Below are positions 59,057-64,000 of a DNA stretch of 64,000 nt, one piece after another (within the stretch, counting starts at the first letter, position 1; each line of letters opens with the position of its first letter). Origin of the DNA: Fistulifera solaris (Eukaryota); NCBI GenBank assembly GCA_030295235.1, contig AP026123.1, positions 1,488,001 to 1,552,000 of the forward strand. Direction: 5' to 3'. Below the pieces are notes generated by a model. That model was not told where the DNA came from and searched no databases. It saw nothing but the letters and a program-made list of their open reading frames with translations. The position numbers were made by a program, and so were the translations under genes.

Positions 59057-61564
59057 CTACGGACCAATGTTTGCGGAGGCCAGAACTGTGAGCTGATTCA
59101 TACACAAAGGGCTGAGCTCAGGAGCTTGAGATGGACTTGATACAACAGCCATCGTGATCTGCTCTCTCATTGATTTATTAGTCAGCATCAGAAAAAGTAA
59201 GGATCCTCTGGAGATGTGATAGCACGTGCAAGCGTTAGACATTGGATAGCCCCGTTCCCACTCATTGATGGCAGAAGTTTGCGTAACAAACATGCTTGCT
59301 GGCAAAACTGAGCATTTTGAAGATCTTCGTAGAAACTCTTTGACTTTGCTGTTTGCATTCCATCTCGACTGATAATAATGCCAGCGAGAGACTCTGGAAG
59401 TGATGACGCTGTAGAAGTCTTGAAAACTACTCTCGTCGGCGGTTGTCTACCATGCTGAAGGACTGCGTTCTGTAATCTGCATATGCCCAGAGATACATTT
59501 GGAGTCGTTGCGATGTCATAGATAAGCAACACATAGATGTAGACATAACGGTCCGCGGCGACAAGCTCGGCCAAAGCCACCACGATATCTCTGGCGGCAG
59601 CCTCTTCGTCCAACACTGATGTGCAAATCAGTAGCAGTGCCCCTCTGTCCGCTAACTCCATATCAACACCGCAACCTTCTAACAGAGGCGAATCAATGAA
59701 GCGAATATCTCTCAAACATGAACGCGACTGACCTGAATAAGACTGATGCCACTGGTTAGCAGTAACAGCACAAACAAGATCACCCCATGTTTCGAGAAAA
59801 CTCTCGGTGCACAAGACTTGTATCGGATCTTGACTGGGAACAACATTGATGCTAGCAAAGGTTTCCTGAGCGGCCGGATGGCTGGTAGCGGCAATCATTG
59901 GTTGCCGACCGGATATTTCTTTTTGACTGTTAAGATTTGAACCTTCTTCTTTGCTTGTGGAATTGATACCATGCATCAGTGGTCGATGTAGCTCGTGGTG
60001 CTTTGCAATGCCGGATCTGAATGGTAATGACGAGGAGCTGGGCTTTGGTGCCGTGCGTTCGAAGGGATTTTTGCCCAAGGAAGCTTGTCGACTATGAGAT
60101 GGAGGAGCTTCTTTCCATTGCTCGACCGTGCTATTGCTGGGTCGCTCTTGTTTCCTCGATGAGGCTAATGTCTTTCCTGAAGAAAGAACGTTCGAAGATA
60201 GTTTTATTCCGAATGGCAAACGAAGACTCTGGTGATGGCTGACGTGAGTGTCGGAGCATTTTTCTGGAATCATGTGCTGACGAGGCTTCTTGGAGTTTTC
60301 ACCATGTGGAACCCCGGTTTCAGATTCATTAAACTCATCAGTTCTCTGCCGCTTTCCATTAGATTCATTTAATAAACTGTCATGCTCTCTGCATTCTATG
60401 CACTCAACACGTAAGCTCTCGGCAGGCAAAGTCGATGTGCCCTCAAGTGATGTGTCACTGAAAGTTTGCTCAAGGACCCTCTTACTCTGCTCCTGTTCGG
60501 CGGCTTCTCGTTCGACGCGCTGCGCTTGCTTCTCCCTTGCTTTCTCAAGTTTTTCGGTCACGGCGCTTGCGCTTTTCTTCCTTCCTTTTTCTCTTCTGAG
60601 CCTTAGACTCAATGTCGTTCTTGTAAGTGCCGTGCCTGGAAGTAAGACCGGTAGTTCTCTCAGATTTCTCTTGACATAGTTCAAAGACTGATTCGGTTTC
60701 AGCTGACCGAGAAACGTGTAGTTCTTCTCCGACAGGTGGAAAACTAACAAGGTTGCTTGCCGTCGCGAAGACGAGAGCATCACTTTCATGCTGTTGCTTG
60801 AATGGGCGACGCACTTCTTCTTCGGTCTGGTTGGACAATGTTTCGTGAAACAGTCTCTTCCGGAGATTACTATCATTCGCTGCTTTTACGGCAAGATTGA
60901 TGGCAAATAGCATCACCTCGGTGTCTGGGCCCAACTGAGGCGGGTCGATCGAATGTGAGCCCTGTAGTGGAAATTTACCGTCCCTATGTTGGTACCTGTA
61001 CGGAACAATCGCACAACAGGACACCTCCTTATTGCATCTGTCTTCATCAACGTAGAATGCCTCCAATGTTTCTGTCGATGAATTCTGTTCCAGCTGTGAA
61101 GTACAGGGATCGACTTGCGCCGGGAACGAAGTTTGTTGTTCTAGATCACCCCAAGGGCAGCTTGCGATTCGCTTAGTTGAGGCTACTGATGCAATTTTAT
61201 CCATGAAGAATTTGAACTGGAGCTCTGTCATCCCTTTCTTGGCCGTTTCTTGAATGCAAACACCCTGGGGCGGAAGGGAGACTGATTGCTCAGAGTGACC
61301 ATCCACTGTCTTCTCACGATGGCAAAGTTGAGAAAACATCAGCTAGATATGATAGCTTTTTCAAAACAATGAATTACATACCTGGCTATCCGCCCCCTTC
61401 GCTTCAACTGCACCTGCTGGGGTAGTCGATGTTGGCTCGAAGTTTTCATCTCCGCGGATTTGACTTGCTTGGCGAATGAAGAGCACGTCCCGAGATTTGC
61501 GTGAACTCTCTTCGTGAACCGAGGCTTCCCGTTGATAATCGAAATTGAGCGCACGGAATTTCAT
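59057..61564 (-). CDS. hypothetical protein with C-terminal XPF/ERCC4-like region, possibly SHOC1/Zip2-like
   Basis: Chain of minus-strand ORFs linked by frameshifts. C-terminus has VDMELADRGALLLI..YVYIYVLL..VVFK and an HhH-like LLRKLLPSMSGNGAIQCL. 5' end uncertain. Confidence 0.4.
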
Positions 61565-61809
61565 GATGTGGTCATTTATTCTTTGAACAACAACTGTTTC
61601 TTGGATCGATGAACGGCAATGCTCATTTTGTTTTTTGTCGAATGAATAACTTCCTCAAAAAATAATAATATCGTTGACATCGTCTGCGCGTCTACCGTAA
61701 CGGCATTGATGACGTCAAAGATGAGTCGTCGTCACTCGTCACGTCAAAGAAAAAAAACTCCAACAAAATAATAGACTCTAGTCTAATTATTAACAGCCAT
61801 GTCAATATT

Positions 61810-62419
61810 TATGTGCCCAACATCGCTTATGCGTGCCATGTGCCATGCAACAAAAACCAAATCGATCTTGGTTGGACAGTGAAACACAAATGAGTAAAAA
61901 GATACAACGCTTCCAATGTCTACGCGCTTTGCACGTAGCCGCCCTGGGAAATTTATCTCTGCAGGGGTACCCGGATATTATGTTTTTCTCCATCATCCAC
62001 TTTTCGCATCTACATTGCACAGATGTCAACGTTCCCTTGTCCACCGTATTAGCTTCGTATTCGGAAGTAATAGCCGCCTTCGAGTTGAAAACAAAACGTT
62101 GTTGGTACAAATGTAGCAGCGCTTCGAATGTCTACGTACTTTCACGTGGCTCTCGTAGGGAAATTTATCGACAGAGGGGGAACCCGGATATCGAGTAAAT
62201 TCGATCACGCCATCTTTCGCGTCGCTTGGACGCCAATGTCAATGTTACTGTGCCCAACATCGCTAATGCGTGCCATGTGCCATGCAACAAAAACCAAATC
62301 GATCTTGGTTGGACAGTAGTGAAACACAAATGAGTAAAAAGATACAACGCTTCCAATGTCTACGCGCTTTGCACGTAGCCGCCCTAGGAAATTTATCTCT
62401 ACAGGGGTACCCGGATATT
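61810..62419 (+). repeat. dispersed satellite family, three units in an A-B-A pattern
   Basis: A ~170-bp near-identical direct repeat at ~61811-61979 and ~62249-62419. AATTTATC..AGGGG.ACCCGGATAT cores at ~61950, 62162 and 62390. Confidence 0.9.
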
Positions 62420-62470
62420 CTCTAATTTTTACATTTTTTATTTTTGCGCAGCTCTTTTCATATTGACACG

Positions 62471-63860
62471 ATGAACCTTCCATTCTTAGTAGCATGTCTC
62501 TTCATTATTGTGCGGCAAACACTATCATTTCGCTCTCCTCAAACTTCTCTCCAACCTTTAAGTCGCAGAGGAGCAGCGGGTAGGCCGCTGGATTATGCGA
62601 CAGGATGGCCGCAAAAGTTCCCCGCCAAAGATCATTGCTCGCGGTGTGGTTTGTGTGAAACAACCTTTGTTTCACGTGTCAAAGATGCTTGTGCGTTATT
62701 ACCTGAGACCGGTATGAGTCGAATGCACGACTTGGAAGTCAAAGTGCACGGTCGTAGCCGGAATACGCACCATGCAATGGACACAGCCGACGAAGGTCGA
62801 TTTGGTGTTTTGCACGAGGAAATGAAACTGGTAAAGGGCGTCGGAATGAATGACTCTCAGTGGACTGGAGTCGTAACATCGATTGCTCTCTCGATGTTAG
62901 AAGCAAAGAAAGTTGACGCAGTTGTCTGTATTGCCGGAGAGCAGGATAGTTGGGCTACTCCCGAAGCGATTGTAGCAAAATCTGCGGAACAAATTTTGCG
63001 TGGACGAGGTGTAAAACCTTCTTTGGCTCCCCAGTTTGAAAGTCTTGGATGAAATTAAAGAAGATAGATCGATTCGAAAATTGTTATTTTGTGGAGTAGG
63101 ATGCTCCGTTCAAGCTTTTCGAGCTATTCAAGATGATCTTGATCTTGACGAAGTCTACGTGCTGGGAACGAATTGTGTCGACAACAGCCCGACTCCCAAA
63201 GCAGCTGAAAATTTTGTTCGGGTGGGACTTGGCTTGAAAGATATTGAAGAAGTGAAGGGTTATGAATTCATGCAGGACTTTCGCGTTCACGCAAAGACAA
63301 GTGACGGGTACTTGACGAAGCCGTACTTTTGTTTACCGGGAGTGATTGCTAAGCCATCCATTGCAACATCTTGTTTGGCGTGTTTCGACTACACAAATGG
63401 GCTAGCTGATGTCGTGGTTGGTTACATGGGAGCACCACTGGACTCTGGAAGGCGTATGGACGAATCCTTTCAAACTTTAACAATAAGGAATCAGAAAGGG
63501 GCAGACATGATCGAGACAACCAGAAAACGTGGCCTACTATCAATTGGACCGACAGCAACGGGAAAAGGGAGTTTTGAAGACTTTGCTTTGTCCACATTGA
63601 AGTCAGATGCTATTGTACAGTCGATGATAGGAGGTTCAATTATGGAAAAGGGATTGCCCGATTGGCTTGGTACTATGCTGGCTTTCTTGTTGCAAAGAAT
63701 TGGTCCAACGGGCATAAACTTTGCGAGGTACAGTATCGACTACCATATCCTCCGAAACTACATGCATGTTGTTGGCGAATGGGGAGAAACTTCCGCCAAG
63801 AAATTTGTCCCTGCATATGCCCAGAAGATCATCAAAAGTATCTCGAGAAAGATTCCATGA
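62471..63860 (+). CDS. FrhB-family plastid reductase (HCAR / ferredoxin-dependent divinyl-chlorophyllide reductase-like)
   Basis: Signal peptide ending TLS-F; PAKDHCSRCGLC, QWTGVVT, GVKPSLAP, GVGCSVQA, VLGTNCVDN, YEFMQDFRVH, SCLACFDYTNGLADVVVGYMG and FARYSIDYH motifs. Frameshift near 63030. Confidence 0.88.
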
Positions 63861-64000
63861 CAAATCTTTTGTCACAGATCCATCAGAACAGCGAATACAG
63901 TAGCCGTAAATCTAGAGACCCCTACTAAACTAGTAAGCAGAGATCCTTCTGTAGTTTCCTTGAATGTTCCAATTTCACCCCTCATGTCATAACTCGCGTT

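Overview
Gene-dense eukaryotic nuclear DNA, very probably from a diatom. This is inferred from short GT-AG introns, several signal peptide + 'xxA-F' plastid-targeting N-termini, and a fused UGP/PGM gene. About 24 protein-coding genes are recognisable, including HIS6, NC2-beta-like, ATG13, Asp/Asn hydroxylase, Costars, PsbQ-like, UGP-PGM, RBMX2, TVP15-like, a CPA2 antiporter, TBCE, two lumenal FKBPs, a 14.5-kb VPS13, TRM5, a PH-ANK-R-SNARE protein, CPN20, a zf-CW protein, a TKL kinase, a SAP-dienelactone hydrolase, SHOC1-like and HCAR/F-DVR-like. Many of them are broken by 1-nt frameshifts in homopolymers, probably assembly errors. The standout is a circularly permuted tRNA-Arg(ACG) gene at 13452-13533 on the minus strand. 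Its 3' half precedes its 5' half, split at position 37/38 with a 10-nt spacer. Leader and trailer can pair into a BHB-like junction, and there is an upstream TATA and a downstream T4 run. I know this gene form from red and green algae, a nucleomorph and one archaeon, but not from diatoms. Three families of non-coding repeats are also visible: a double-hairpin minisatellite, a dispersed ~214-bp satellite and a 19-bp inverted-repeat element.
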